58,226 nucleotides of DNA, taken from positions 1-58,226 of IMG/VR virus record IMGVR_UViG_3300020044_007646; one strand, written 5' to 3'. A program made the position numbers and the translations under genes. The notes beneath the pieces are model-generated. The model had not been told where the DNA came from. It saw only the letters and a list, made by a program, of their open reading frames with translations, and did no database searches. Origin of the DNA: a virus (Duplodnaviria > Caudoviricetes). Shown piece after piece: positions 1 to 8,900 of the stretch. How positions within the stretch are numbered: position 1 is the stretch's first letter; each line of letters starts with the position of its first letter.

Positions 1-2
1 CG

Positions 3-101
3 CGACTTCAAGACGGTCACATGGGTGGCAACAAGGAAGCTGCTTGGTCAAAGATCCTGCCTAATAGGAAAATAGTAAAAGCGTATCCAGTTATAGAATA
101 G
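3..101 (+). CDS. 3' end of a truncated upstream ORF (hypothetical)
   Basis: Frame 3 is open from the window edge (RLQDGHMGGNKEAAWSKILPNRKIVKAYPVIE*) and stops immediately before the terminator at 102. Confidence 0.5.
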   Translation, partial: RLQDGHMGGNKEAAWSKILPNRKIVKAYPVIE

Positions 102-129
102 AAAAAGCCCCTCTGTGAAGGGGCTTTTT
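102..129. terminator. Intrinsic terminator, probably bidirectional
   Basis: AAAAAGCCCCT-CTGTGA-AGGGGCTTTTT: perfect stem with A-tract before and T-tract after. Confidence 0.85.
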
Positions 130-210
130 ACTTCGCTCGACTTAAAATTCTCTAGGCATGATGGGCGGACTTTTAAGTTTTCATCGCGTTGTGAATACAT
201 AATACCATAC

Positions 211-226
211 TTACTTACGGTACAAT
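211..226 (+). promoter_or_regulatory. Phage promoter motif, copy 1 (tRNA-thyX operon)
   Basis: TTACTTACGGTACAAT; -10-like TACAAT ends 9 nt before the tRNA-Leu 5' end. Confidence 0.75.
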
Positions 227-235
227 AGATTGCAA

Positions 236-316
236 GCCTCGGTGGTGAAATGGTAGACACGACGGACTTAAAATCCGTTGTCGCAAGACGTACGGGTTCG
301 AGTCCCGTCTGAGGCA
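236..316 (+). tRNA. tRNA-Leu (TAA)
   Basis: Acceptor GCCTCGG/CTGAGGC+A, anticodon arm ACGGA-CTTAAAA-TCCGT, long variable arm, T-loop TTCGAGT; CCA not encoded. Confidence 0.95.
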
Positions 317-319
317 CTT

Positions 320-392
320 GTCTGCGTAGCTCAGTGGATAGAGCAACTGCCTTCTAAGCAGTTGGCCACAGGTTCGAGTCCTGTCGTAGGCG
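320..392 (+). tRNA. tRNA-Arg (TCT)
   Basis: Acceptor GTCTGCG/CGTAGGC+G, D-arm GCTC..GAGC, anticodon arm ACTGC-CTTCTAA-GCAGT, T-arm ACAGG-TTCGAGT-CCTGT; CCA not encoded. Confidence 0.95.
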
Positions 393-404
393 TTGGAGGA
401 AAGA

Positions 405-1061
405 ATGGCAGCAACACTCAAGTATATACAACCCGACGCAGAACAATTTATGATTCACCTTGCACGTGTATCATCATCTGATCAAGATAATCCTGAATAC
501 GAACGATTATTAACCTACTGCATGAAACACGGACATTGGTCTGTATTTGAGATGGTTGACGTAGTCATGGAAATCTACACATCTAGGGCTATTTCGGCTC
601 AAATTATGCGCCACAGGAGCTTCCATTTCCAAGAGTTTAGCCAGCGATATGCTGTTGCCAGCAAGATCGAGCTTGACCTGCCATCTATGAGGCGTAAAGG
701 ATCTACTAATCGCCAAGGTAGCGTAATGTTTGATGACAAAGAGACCCAGTTTGAGATGGATAACAAGGCTCTTGCACCTATCCTTGTGGCTATTAGGGCA
801 TACGATGACCTCGTAAAGTCCGGTGTAGCGCTTGAAAGTGCACGGATGGTACTTCCTTTATGCGTAGGAACTAGGCTTTACATGAAAGGTACAGTGCGTG
901 ACTGGATGCACTACTGCCGTGTGCGCATGGACGGCCATACACAGCATGAGCATCGTGAAATTGCAACAGATTGCTGGAATGTACTTAAACAAGTGCTTCC
1001 TGTTACTACTGAAGCATTTGAAAAGCACCATATGGAGTCAAAAAATGACTCTACACATTGA
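405..1061 (+). CDS. thyX: FAD-dependent thymidylate synthase
   Basis: GHWSVFE, ThyX signature RHRSFHFQEFSQRY, ESARMVLP, HTQHEHREIA; ATG 405 follows GGAGGA. Confidence 0.95.
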   Translation: MAATLKYIQPDAEQFMIHLARVSSSDQDNPEYERLLTYCMKHGHWSVFEMVDVVMEIYTSRAISAQIMRHRSFHFQEFSQRYAVASKIELDLPSMRRKGSTNRQGSVMFDDKETQFEMDNKALAPILVAIRAYDDLVKSGVALESARMVLPLCVGTRLYMKGTVRDWMHYCRVRMDGHTQHEHREIATDCWNVLKQVLPVTTEAFEKHHMESKNDSTH

Positions 1062-1290
1062 TATTGGGCCAGACTCTGACATCAGGGTAGAAGAATTGCC
1101 GTCAGGGGCCTTCACAATTACGCTATACGGGCATAAATACAGTAGTCCTGACATTGGCACGGCATGCACAGTAATTTATTTAAAAATGGTGCACGGAGCC
1201 AAAGTTCCATGTAGGTTTTTTATAGAATTTCAACAACGTGCAGTAGAAGAATATTACTTACGGTATACTAATAGGCATGAACCTAATTAA
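1045..1290 (+). CDS. Hypothetical protein
   Basis: ATG 1045 preceded by GGAG and overlapping the thyX end; start moved from 898 in the ORF track. Confidence 0.7.
   Translation: MTLHIDIGPDSDIRVEELPSGAFTITLYGHKYSSPDIGTACTVIYLKMVHGAKVPCRFFIEFQQRAVEEYYLRYTNRHEPN
1254..1269 (+). promoter_or_regulatory. Phage promoter motif, copy 2 (probable leaderless transcript)
   Basis: TTACTTACGGTATACT, 7 nt before ATG 1277; no clear Shine-Dalgarno. Confidence 0.7.
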
Positions 1291-1510
1291 ACCCGGAGTT
1301 GGATGCAATATTTCCGTAGATCAAACGTTGGATTTTACAGATGGTAACAACATCTTGTTTAGAGTTTCTCTTAATGACGCCGAAATCGTCAGTGGAAATG
1401 TAGTTGCTGTTGCAAAATGGCTATGTTCTTCTACTGAAAATAAGGATGTCAAGGTCCCAAGCAAGTTTGTTATTACGTTTGCAAAGATGGCGTTGGATTC
1501 ATTGTCGTGA
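1277..1510 (+). CDS. Hypothetical protein
   Basis: Fills the gap and is coupled to dut by a GTGA overlap. Confidence 0.7.
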   Translation: MNLIKPGVGCNISVDQTLDFTDGNNILFRVSLNDAEIVSGNVVAVAKWLCSSTENKDVKVPSKFVITFAKMALDSLS

Positions 1511-1971
1511 AACTAGAGCTTGAATGGTGCGGTAAACCAGAAGATGACTACCGCACCTTCTTGCCTGTCAGAAAAACGCCTTTGTCATCTGGCGTTGACC
1601 TAAAGGCTTACAACACTAAGCCTATTACGATTAAACCGGGCACAAATGCACTCATATCAACTGGATGGAAGGTTAAGATACCTGAAGGTTATGAAGCACA
1701 AATTAGATCTAGGTCTGGAATGGCTTACAAGCAGTCCGTGTGGGTACAAAATTGCCCCGGAACAATAGATAGAGACTATCAAGGGGAATTACTTGTCTTA
1801 CTTTACAACGGTAGTAGCGAAAACAGAGTCATTCTTCGCGGAATGGCCGTTGCGCAACTTGTCATTGCTCCTGTTGTATTACCAGAAATCGTCCCTGTAG
1901 CAAATGAAGTTTTATTTGACATTCCATCTGTGCGAAAAGATGGTGGATTTGGAAGCACTGGTGACTATTAA
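1507..1971 (+). CDS. dut: Trimeric dUTPase
   Basis: Motifs SGVDL, RSRSGMA, PGTIDRDYQGE, AQLV, RKDGGFGSTG. Confidence 0.95.
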   Translation: MKLELEWCGKPEDDYRTFLPVRKTPLSSGVDLKAYNTKPITIKPGTNALISTGWKVKIPEGYEAQIRSRSGMAYKQSVWVQNCPGTIDRDYQGELLVLLYNGSSENRVILRGMAVAQLVIAPVVLPEIVPVANEVLFDIPSVRKDGGFGSTGDY

Positions 1972-2276
1972 TGCGCTTTGAACATTATCGAAATCGATAT
2001 CAAACTGTAGATATTGCTAAAGACTGGAATCTTTCTGGCCCATTATTTAGCGTATTAAAATATATTCAGCGTCGAGGGAGAAAAGAGAACAACTCTACCG
2101 AACAAGATCTCTTAAAAGCCATTTGGTACCTTGTTTATGAATTAACGTCTGACACAAATATGTGTGAAAAAATTGTATCAACACTTGGTGTGTCATTAAA
2201 GCCAGTACGTTTAGCAGAAAAATGTGCATGCCCGGAATGTGAAACCGCAAGATTATCTAGGCAAAAGCAGCTATAA
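1971..2276 (+). CDS. DUF3310-like protein (T7 gp1.7 nucleotide kinase-related) with Cys-rich tail
   Basis: HY..., VLKYIQRRGRK...QDLLKAIWYL pattern; sits next to dut and thyX. Confidence 0.7.
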   Translation: MRFEHYRNRYQTVDIAKDWNLSGPLFSVLKYIQRRGRKENNSTEQDLLKAIWYLVYELTSDTNMCEKIVSTLGVSLKPVRLAEKCACPECETARLSRQKQL

Positions 2277-2323
2277 TAACGCACCCTGACACAATATCAA
2301 ACAGGGACAACAACAACCAAATG

Positions 2324-2354
2324 ATAAAAGGGGAGCATTTTGCTCCCCTTTTAT
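2324..2354. terminator. Bidirectional intrinsic terminator
   Basis: ATAAAAGGGGAGCA-TTT-TGCTCCCCTTTTAT, 14-bp perfect stem between convergent genes. Confidence 0.9.
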
Positions 2355-2355
2355 T

Positions 2356-2499
2356 TTAACAAGTGCACTTATTTGCAGGTTTGTTGCAGTCTGGGCACAT
2401 CTTTTCGTCTTGATCAGACTTATTTTTGCCCTTATACATGCCTTTTTTCATGCCTTTTTTCATGCCTGAAAAAAAACCTTCTTTAATTTTTCCAGCCAT
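2356..2499 (-). CDS. 47-aa basic Cys-rich microprotein (not in ORF track)
   Basis: MAGKIKEGFFSGMKKGMKKGMYKGKNKSDQDEKMCPDCNKPANKCTC*; starts directly after the upstream stop (TAAATG) with GGAGG upstream and ends at the terminator. Confidence 0.75.
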   Translation of the reverse strand: MAGKIKEGFFSGMKKGMKKGMYKGKNKSDQDEKMCPDCNKPANKCTC

Positions 2500-2829
2500 T
2501 TACATTCCTCCCATTGCTCCGGGAGGAGGAGCACCCTGCCCCTGCGGAGACATTCCGCCTTGTTCACCACCACCATGCATTTGCTTGTAAAGCTGCACAA
2601 TCTGCATTTGCATCTGCTTGAATTCATCCTCGGATTTAATTGCACCAGACTGATACAGCTCTGTTAATCCTTGCATTGCGCCTTTAATGTCGCCTTGCTT
2701 GACCATTTCTACAATCTGCTCAAGAGGATTTCCTCCCCCTTGTCCTCCACCATCTTGTGGAGGCATCTGCTGTGGCTCGTTTCCGGCTCGAACCATCCCG
2801 GACAATTCCGGCATTTGACTAGGTGGCAT
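2500..2829 (-). CDS. Gly/Gln/Pro/Met-rich hypothetical protein
   Basis: 109-aa ORF with a central amphipathic helical segment and low-complexity ends. Confidence 0.75.
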   Translation of the reverse strand: MPPSQMPELSGMVRAGNEPQQMPPQDGGGQGGGNPLEQIVEMVKQGDIKGAMQGLTELYQSGAIKSEDEFKQMQMQIVQLYKQMHGGGEQGGMSPQGQGAPPPGAMGGM

Positions 2830-2957
2830 TTTTTACACTCTTCCTTTTTTTCAACTCTCGCGCTATGAGTACCCACATTTTAACTAAAACTTTATCGGAT
2901 AGCACTAATAGTAAATAATTAAAAAACATCTTGAACAAAATCACAGAGAACCTCCTA

Positions 2958-2973
2958 TTACTTACGGTATAAT
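2958..2973 (+). promoter_or_regulatory. Phage promoter motif, copy 3 (ssb)
   Basis: TTACTTACGGTATAAT with a perfect -10 hexamer, then GGAGG at 2981 and GTG at 2992. Confidence 0.8.
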
Positions 2974-2991
2974 TAGCACTGGAGGAAGATT

Positions 2992-3390
2992 GTGCTTAAT
3001 CATGTTACATTAATTGGAAGGCTTGTTGCGGACCCAGAAACAAGAGCTACGCCAAATGGAAAGTCTGTTTGCAGTATTCGTATTGCTGTGGATCGCAAAG
3101 GCAGAGAGAAGGAAACTGACTTTTTTAGCTGTACGGCATTTGGTCAAACTGGTGACGCGCTTGCTACATATGCTCAAAAAGGCCGCTTAGTTGCCATTAT
3201 TGGAAAGATTCAATTAGATAATTACACAGATAAAGATGGCGTAAAACGACAATCTGTAAAAGTGCTAGTAGATCAGTGGACGCTACTTGATTCTAGAAAA
3301 GAACAAGATGGACAACAATCTCCACCACCTAATCCTAGACCAGCGGGCGCAATTCATACTGATGATATTGATGACCCATTTGCTGACTAA
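2992..3390 (+). CDS. ssb: Single-stranded DNA-binding protein
   Basis: LNHVTLIGRLVADPE, ETDFFSCTAFG, KGRLVAIIG, acidic tail DDIDDPF. Confidence 0.95.
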   Translation: MLNHVTLIGRLVADPETRATPNGKSVCSIRIAVDRKGREKETDFFSCTAFGQTGDALATYAQKGRLVAIIGKIQLDNYTDKDGVKRQSVKVLVDQWTLLDSRKEQDGQQSPPPNPRPAGAIHTDDIDDPFAD

Positions 3391-3593
3391 TCAATAAGGT
3401 TTAGTTTTACTGCTTCAGCGTAAGCCCTTGTACGTGCGCCATGGCCAGAGACTTTTAATTTAAAATAAATATTCTCTAGGCAAGCATGCACTGTGCGAGG
3501 GCTAATTTGCAATTCAATAGCAATGTCTTTGGATGTCATGTGTTTTCCAACACGAGTTATGACATCTCGTTCTCTGTTAGATAGATGTACCAT
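3387..3593 (-). CDS. Stand-alone LuxR/GerE-type HTH regulator
   Basis: LSNRERDV..G..SKDIAIELQISPRTVHACLENIYFKLKV...R..A...A...LI; start ATG 3593 (GTG 3599 possible). Confidence 0.9.
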   Translation of the reverse strand: MVHLSNRERDVITRVGKHMTSKDIAIELQISPRTVHACLENIYFKLKVSGHGARTRAYAEAVKLNLID

Positions 3594-3599
3594 AAACAC

Positions 3600-3615
3600 A
3601 GTATACCGTAAGTAA
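3600..3615 (-). promoter_or_regulatory. Phage promoter motif, copy 4 (LuxR gene, probable leaderless)
   Basis: Reverse complement reads TTACTTACGGTATACT, 6 nt before ATG 3593. Confidence 0.75.
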
Positions 3616-3661
3616 TGTTATTGCTGTCATGCTTATAGTATGATGATTACTGAGGTGTAAT

Positions 3662-3913
3662 ATGGGTGTAATTAAGAAATATCAGAATCCATCCGGTGGA
3701 TTAAATGCAGCTGGGAGAGCGCATTACAATAGCACTACAGGATCTAATTTAAAGCCACCTGCGCCTAATCCTAAAACAAAAGCAGATGCTGGTAGAAGAG
3801 CTTCATTTTGTGCTCGAATGTCAGGAATGAAAGCTAAAAACACATCAAGTAAAACAGCAAACGACCCAAATAGCCGTATTAATAAGTCTTTACGCGCATG
3901 GAATTGCAAGTAA
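3662..3913 (+). CDS. Small basic conserved phage protein (DUF6321-like)
   Basis: GGLNAAGR...LKPP...RRASFCARM.GM...DPNSRINKSLRAWNC pattern recalled from aquatic phages; GAGG SD. Confidence 0.7.
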   Translation: MGVIKKYQNPSGGLNAAGRAHYNSTTGSNLKPPAPNPKTKADAGRRASFCARMSGMKAKNTSSKTANDPNSRINKSLRAWNCK

Positions 3914-3928
3914 TAGCGAGGCTAAAAA

Positions 3929-5653
3929 ATGACTAAGCCAACTACTGGTAGAAGATGGAAAGTTATATCTAGTGGATACTTTGGTACACCAAAAGCATCT
4001 AAGGCGCCTACTGCTGCTTTACGTCGCAAATACAGTATGGAAGGCGGACCTACAACTGCAGTTGGAGACAGAGTAAGTATTGGTGATATTGCTGTACCTT
4101 CTAATATTCCACTAGGTAGTAAATTCTATATTCCGGGGTACGGATGGGGAATTGCTAAAGATCATGGCGGTGCTATTAAAGGTAATCGTATTGATTTAGC
4201 ATTTGGAGGCGTAGACCCTACTGGGACTAAATATAACCCAGATGCTGAAAAGAAAGCTAACAACTGGGGAAAACGAACACAAACAGTTTATGTATTTCCT
4301 GCATCATTTCAAATACCGGCTGACCATTCACCTCCGCAAGCATATAAAAATGATGTTGCAAATAAAGGAAAAGTTACTGCACCATTTAAAGTTAGTAGCA
4401 TAATTCCACCGTCGCGTGGCGGAAGTAATAAATCAATCACAAATAAAAAACAAGGTCTTGCATTACGAGATCAAATATTAAATGCATCTAAAAAAGGCGC
4501 TGTTGTACCTACAGTAAGACCTGCAAACCAAGACACTAAAGCTTGGTCTGACCATTTAGCTTCATTTGATTTTAAAGACCCAATTCATGGAGAATCAGAT
4601 CCGTCAAAATTCCTAGACTGGTCTGAAGTTGGGTCACGTGCATATAAGCAAAAAATAGATAAAATCACAACCGGAAGCGAAAGCCCTGAGCAAAAAATTT
4701 CATCAATACAACAAATTAAAGATGGAGTTGCATATCAATTAAATAAAGCTAGGTTAAATAATAAAGATGCAGTAAGTGCATCTGATTACGGTGACGCGCA
4801 AATAGATAAATTACAAAAAGAGCTAATTGGTGAAAAAACAAAAGTTGAACCAGCAGTAGAAGAAAAATTTGTATTAAAAAATCAAAACACAAAAGTGACA
4901 CCACCCATAGCAAAACCTATTGGTTCAGCCAGTATTAACTCTTCTGATGTAAAAGCGCCTCCGCGAAAATCACAACCAGTGCAATCGCAGGCTGAAATTC
5001 CAAATTTAGATCGAGAACCTAAATTAAGTATTCGACCACCAAAATCAAAGTCTGTTTTAGCTAAGGACACTAGTTTAAATACAAAAGCAAATCCAGCAAA
5101 ACCACAGAGTGGTCAGCAATCTGTGCAAACATCTATGCCGTCACTATCACAGCAAGTTAGAACTGGCGTTACTGGATCTATTCCTAAAGCAGAAATAAGA
5201 CCTAATGCTAACCCTGTAACTAAGGGTCCTGCTGGACAAGTTGTTTTAGATTTAACTAAAGAACCACGCCCTGTAGCCACTTCTGGAACAAAAAGTTTAG
5301 CACCGAGTATTGATGAGCCACTGCCATCAATAGATCCAGTAAAAACCGTTGCACCAAAAGTGTCTGCACCAGAAGCACAACAACGTAAACCAAATACTGT
5401 TATGACGGATTACGTTAAAAGAATTAACACAATTGATTCATTAGTTGATCCATCTCAGTATCTAACAAGAAAAAAACTATTTTTGAAAGAACAGGCATCC
5501 ATAAAGGATGTCAATAATAACTTGACAACAAGTGAACGTAAACGATTGTTAGATACACTAGGTGCATATCCTGAAGATAACAGAAAACCACAAACATTAG
5601 GTGGTGTTGTAAGAGCTGGCAACAATGCGGCTAAAGGAGAATTACGGAAATGA
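3929..5653 (+). CDS. 3D-domain (MltA-like lytic transglycosylase fold) protein with long low-complexity C-terminus
   Basis: IAVPSNIPLGSKFYIPGYGWGIAKDHGGAIKGNRIDLAF...A.NWGKR...VY; rest is P/K/S-rich. Confidence 0.8.
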   Translation: MTKPTTGRRWKVISSGYFGTPKASKAPTAALRRKYSMEGGPTTAVGDRVSIGDIAVPSNIPLGSKFYIPGYGWGIAKDHGGAIKGNRIDLAFGGVDPTGTKYNPDAEKKANNWGKRTQTVYVFPASFQIPADHSPPQAYKNDVANKGKVTAPFKVSSIIPPSRGGSNKSITNKKQGLALRDQILNASKKGAVVPTVRPANQDTKAWSDHLASFDFKDPIHGESDPSKFLDWSEVGSRAYKQKIDKITTGSESPEQKISSIQQIKDGVAYQLNKARLNNKDAVSASDYGDAQIDKLQKELIGEKTKVEPAVEEKFVLKNQNTKVTPPIAKPIGSASINSSDVKAPPRKSQPVQSQAEIPNLDREPKLSIRPPKSKSVLAKDTSLNTKANPAKPQSGQQSVQTSMPSLSQQVRTGVTGSIPKAEIRPNANPVTKGPAGQVVLDLTKEPRPVATSGTKSLAPSIDEPLPSIDPVKTVAPKVSAPEAQQRKPNTVMTDYVKRINTIDSLVDPSQYLTRKKLFLKEQASIKDVNNNLTTSERKRLLDTLGAYPEDNRKPQTLGGVVRAGNNAAKGELRK

Positions 5654-5922
5654 TGGGCAGTATGAGAAAGCATATTAACACTTTGTCCTATAGAAATTTA
5701 CTTAAGATTGAATCTGGTGAACATGGCAAAAAAGTTAGTTCAGGAAAAACATTAAGTGCTATGGAACAAAAGGAACATGGTCTATCATCAAAACCAAGCG
5801 TAGCTCAAATGAGAAAAGCTGAAGCTATTGAGCATGCTGGTAAAAAGGGTTTTATTACAAATCCTAGTAACGCTAAAACTAAGCAAGCAACTACTGTATA
5901 CAAGGCAAATCGAGGGAGATAA
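5650..5922 (+). CDS. Small basic hypothetical protein
   Basis: ATGA overlap with the upstream gene; three ExxEH(G/A) repeats. Confidence 0.75.
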   Translation: MMGSMRKHINTLSYRNLLKIESGEHGKKVSSGKTLSAMEQKEHGLSSKPSVAQMRKAEAIEHAGKKGFITNPSNAKTKQATTVYKANRGR

Positions 5923-5926
5923 TTAA

Positions 5927-8900
5927 ATGGCATCGGCTTTAACTTCTGCATTAATACCAGCAACATCTCCAAACCCAGCTGCTCCATCTGGACCACCAGA
6001 TGACGATATGGATTTGTTTGATTCTATTTTTGGTGCGCCACAACCAGCAATTGAAGGGCCACGTGTCCCTACTTGGATGGCTCCAAAAAGTGGGTATCAA
6101 TTTCATGAATTTAAGCCAGATGCTTGGAATGACAATCCAGAAGTTGTACGACAACAAGCAGCAAGCCTTGAAAATTACATTGCTCAGCGAGGAGGTGGCA
6201 GAAGTCCATCTATTGTTGCCAATGAATGGTTAACATTACAAAGAAAACAAGGTGCTGAAAAATCTCCATTTCAACAACGAATAAAAGATAAGTATGGAGT
6301 AGATGTTGCTGACGACGTTCAAGGGTTTAGGGACTTTATGGCGTCAACGCCATCGGCTAATGAAGAAGCAAAAGTTGTTGAATGGTCTAAGATTAAGCCA
6401 GCACCTGTAGTTCCAGAGACTGCTTTAACGCATTTTATTGATCAATCATTTCAAAGTCATATTGCAGATGAGTCTAGAAATCAAACAGGACGCGTAAGTG
6501 GTCGCGGCTTGCATAATGAATATGACTCAGCATTAATGCATGTATTAAATAGGACTAGCTTTGGTGATCCTAATTTAACAAATATTGCATATACACACGC
6601 GCAAGAAGTCTCTAAAATCAAGCCGGGTGATGACCCAAATGCATATCGAGGTCAATTGCAAGCCATGAATACGCATGCCGAAATGGCTGCACTTGGCGAA
6701 ACAGACATGCAAGAATATTTAAAGCGCAAAAAGCTTAATGAGTATTTTGCAAGTCCTGCAGGAAGAAAAGAAGCTGTAGCACAAAGAACAACTTGGGAGT
6801 TTGTAAAAAATCATTTAGCAGAATTACGTACTGAAGCTGGCAAAGGAAATCGGATTGCAGCCAGTACTCTATCGTTAGTTGAGGGTGCATCTAATCAAGG
6901 AAAAAAATATTCAGTAAACGGAATTGATGATGCTGAAGCTTCATTTGAAAGATTCAAGGGATCTCCAGTTGGTAAATACTTAACTGGAGTCACATTAAGT
7001 CAGTTAAACGGACAAGGTATTTTCTCGTTACCAGAAGCCAAAGATGCAATGAAACAAGTTGCTGACGGCTGGCTGAATCCAGAAGACGCAAAATTACTTG
7101 GTAGTAAAATTAGACTTGGCACAACGCTTTCTGACATGTTGTCACCAAAAGGCATTAAAACAGATCAGGACGTTGCGCAGTGGGAAGCATTATCACGCCT
7201 TTATCCCAATCAACTAGAAAATGGATCTACTCCAGATGATGCAGCAAAACCATTAGGCAGATTTACAAATGCTGATTTTTTACATGCAATCACTGGTTAC
7301 TCAGCTGATGCACCAAGTAACATCGGCATGTTTGCTCAACATGAGCGTTCACCAATATTTACACCGCAAACAACACTTGGCGCATTTCCTGTTGCATCTA
7401 ATCAATCGGCTTCTATGAATGTACAGGGCTGGGGAACTGCTAAAAATCAACCTCAATTTTTAGGTAATTTGGTCGCCAATTTAGACATGAGCATGGATCA
7501 GCGAAATAAACTTGCTGACCTTATGGGTTTTACTGGTGACAGAAGAGATCAATTTTTAATTGGTATACAAAACCCATCACCTGATTTCCAAGGAACACTT
7601 CAAACACTTGCAGATAAAGTTGGGAGTGAAACCGTTGCGTTAACTGGAGCGCAACAATCAAACCGTGTGACATCTACAATATCTAATGTCACACAACGTT
7701 TAATGGAATCATTAGGGCAAATTGGCTTAGATAAAAACGAGATACAGGATTTACGAGCTACATTGTGGGATCCAATTGCGGGTGCTCGCTTGCAATTACA
7801 AGGTAATGCAGAAACAGGGCCACGTCGCTTAGTACCCGACTTGTATCATTCTTTTGCACAATCGACTGATGGCACACCAATTCTGCTGCAGCCAACTAAA
7901 AACATTACTGGTACAGATGCATTTAGAATGCAAATGAGTGATTTGTTTACTGGTGCTGCATCTGATTCAAAGTTAAGAGCAGAATTAAACAAGAACATGT
8001 CATCTGTATTAAATGACAATACAAATACAGGATCCGTTTTATTTGATGGCGATCAAGGCATGTTTGCCCATAGGCTTGAAAAGTCTCTACGTTGGCTACA
8101 TAGAACAGCGCAGCAACATCCAGAATTAGCTGCAGATATTGAAAAAAATCTTGGTATTACATCGTTGCTTGGGCAAAGTGAAGATGGATTTACAAAAGAT
8201 GTATTAAGGTCATTAAAATCAAATGACAGTGGTGAAATAGGTGGAGTGCTAACTAAATTTAATTATTTGGGAGGCATTTTAAAAGATAACACATTAGAGC
8301 AAACAGTTTTACCGGGCGCAAACGCAAAAGGCCCAAGAGATTTGTCAAGCCCTGTTGAACGAGCTGTATTACGCGGGATGGAAGGAGATGAAAATCGACG
8401 AAGAAGAGCATCAAATCATTTAGCTACAGTACAAAATAATATAGAGCGTGGAATTTCGGATGGATTAGATAATCTGGCAATGTTAGCAGATCCTAACTCA
8501 AATGACATTGCTGCGGTTAAAAATACGACTCGCCAAAAAGTATTGTCTGGGGCTATTAGTTCCTTAACTGGCAATCAAATATTTCGAGCAGATGATGGAC
8601 GAGGGTTAGATAAAACAGCTGAGCAATTGGTAACAAAATACGTAGATGCTATGATTTCAGCATCTTGGCTTGGCGGTGGTCCAGATACTCCAAATGTAGA
8701 AGCTGCTAGACAAGCTTTATATAAATATATCGACACTAAAAACGTTAGTGTTACATCTTCTTCACCAGAGGCACGTTACGCTGCATTCCAAAAGGTTATT
8801 ACAGAAAAAGAAAACATTGGGATGGACAGTTTAACTGCGCCAATAAAACATTTGCTTCAGACTGGAACACCTTATGGTGCTAAGAATCAAGCAATACTTG

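Noticed and set aside
140-178. ACTTAAAA...TTTTAAGT inverted repeat upstream of the tRNA promoter
   Set aside because: AT-rich 8-bp arms with an imperfect interior; single occurrence, no supporting context.
48-481. ORFs 48-317(-), 215-421(-) and 278-481(+)
   Set aside because: They overlap the two tRNA genes; spurious translations.
2460-2645. 61-aa minus-strand ORF from the track
   Set aside because: Out-of-frame shadow of the better-supported 2500-2829 and 2356-2499 ORFs.
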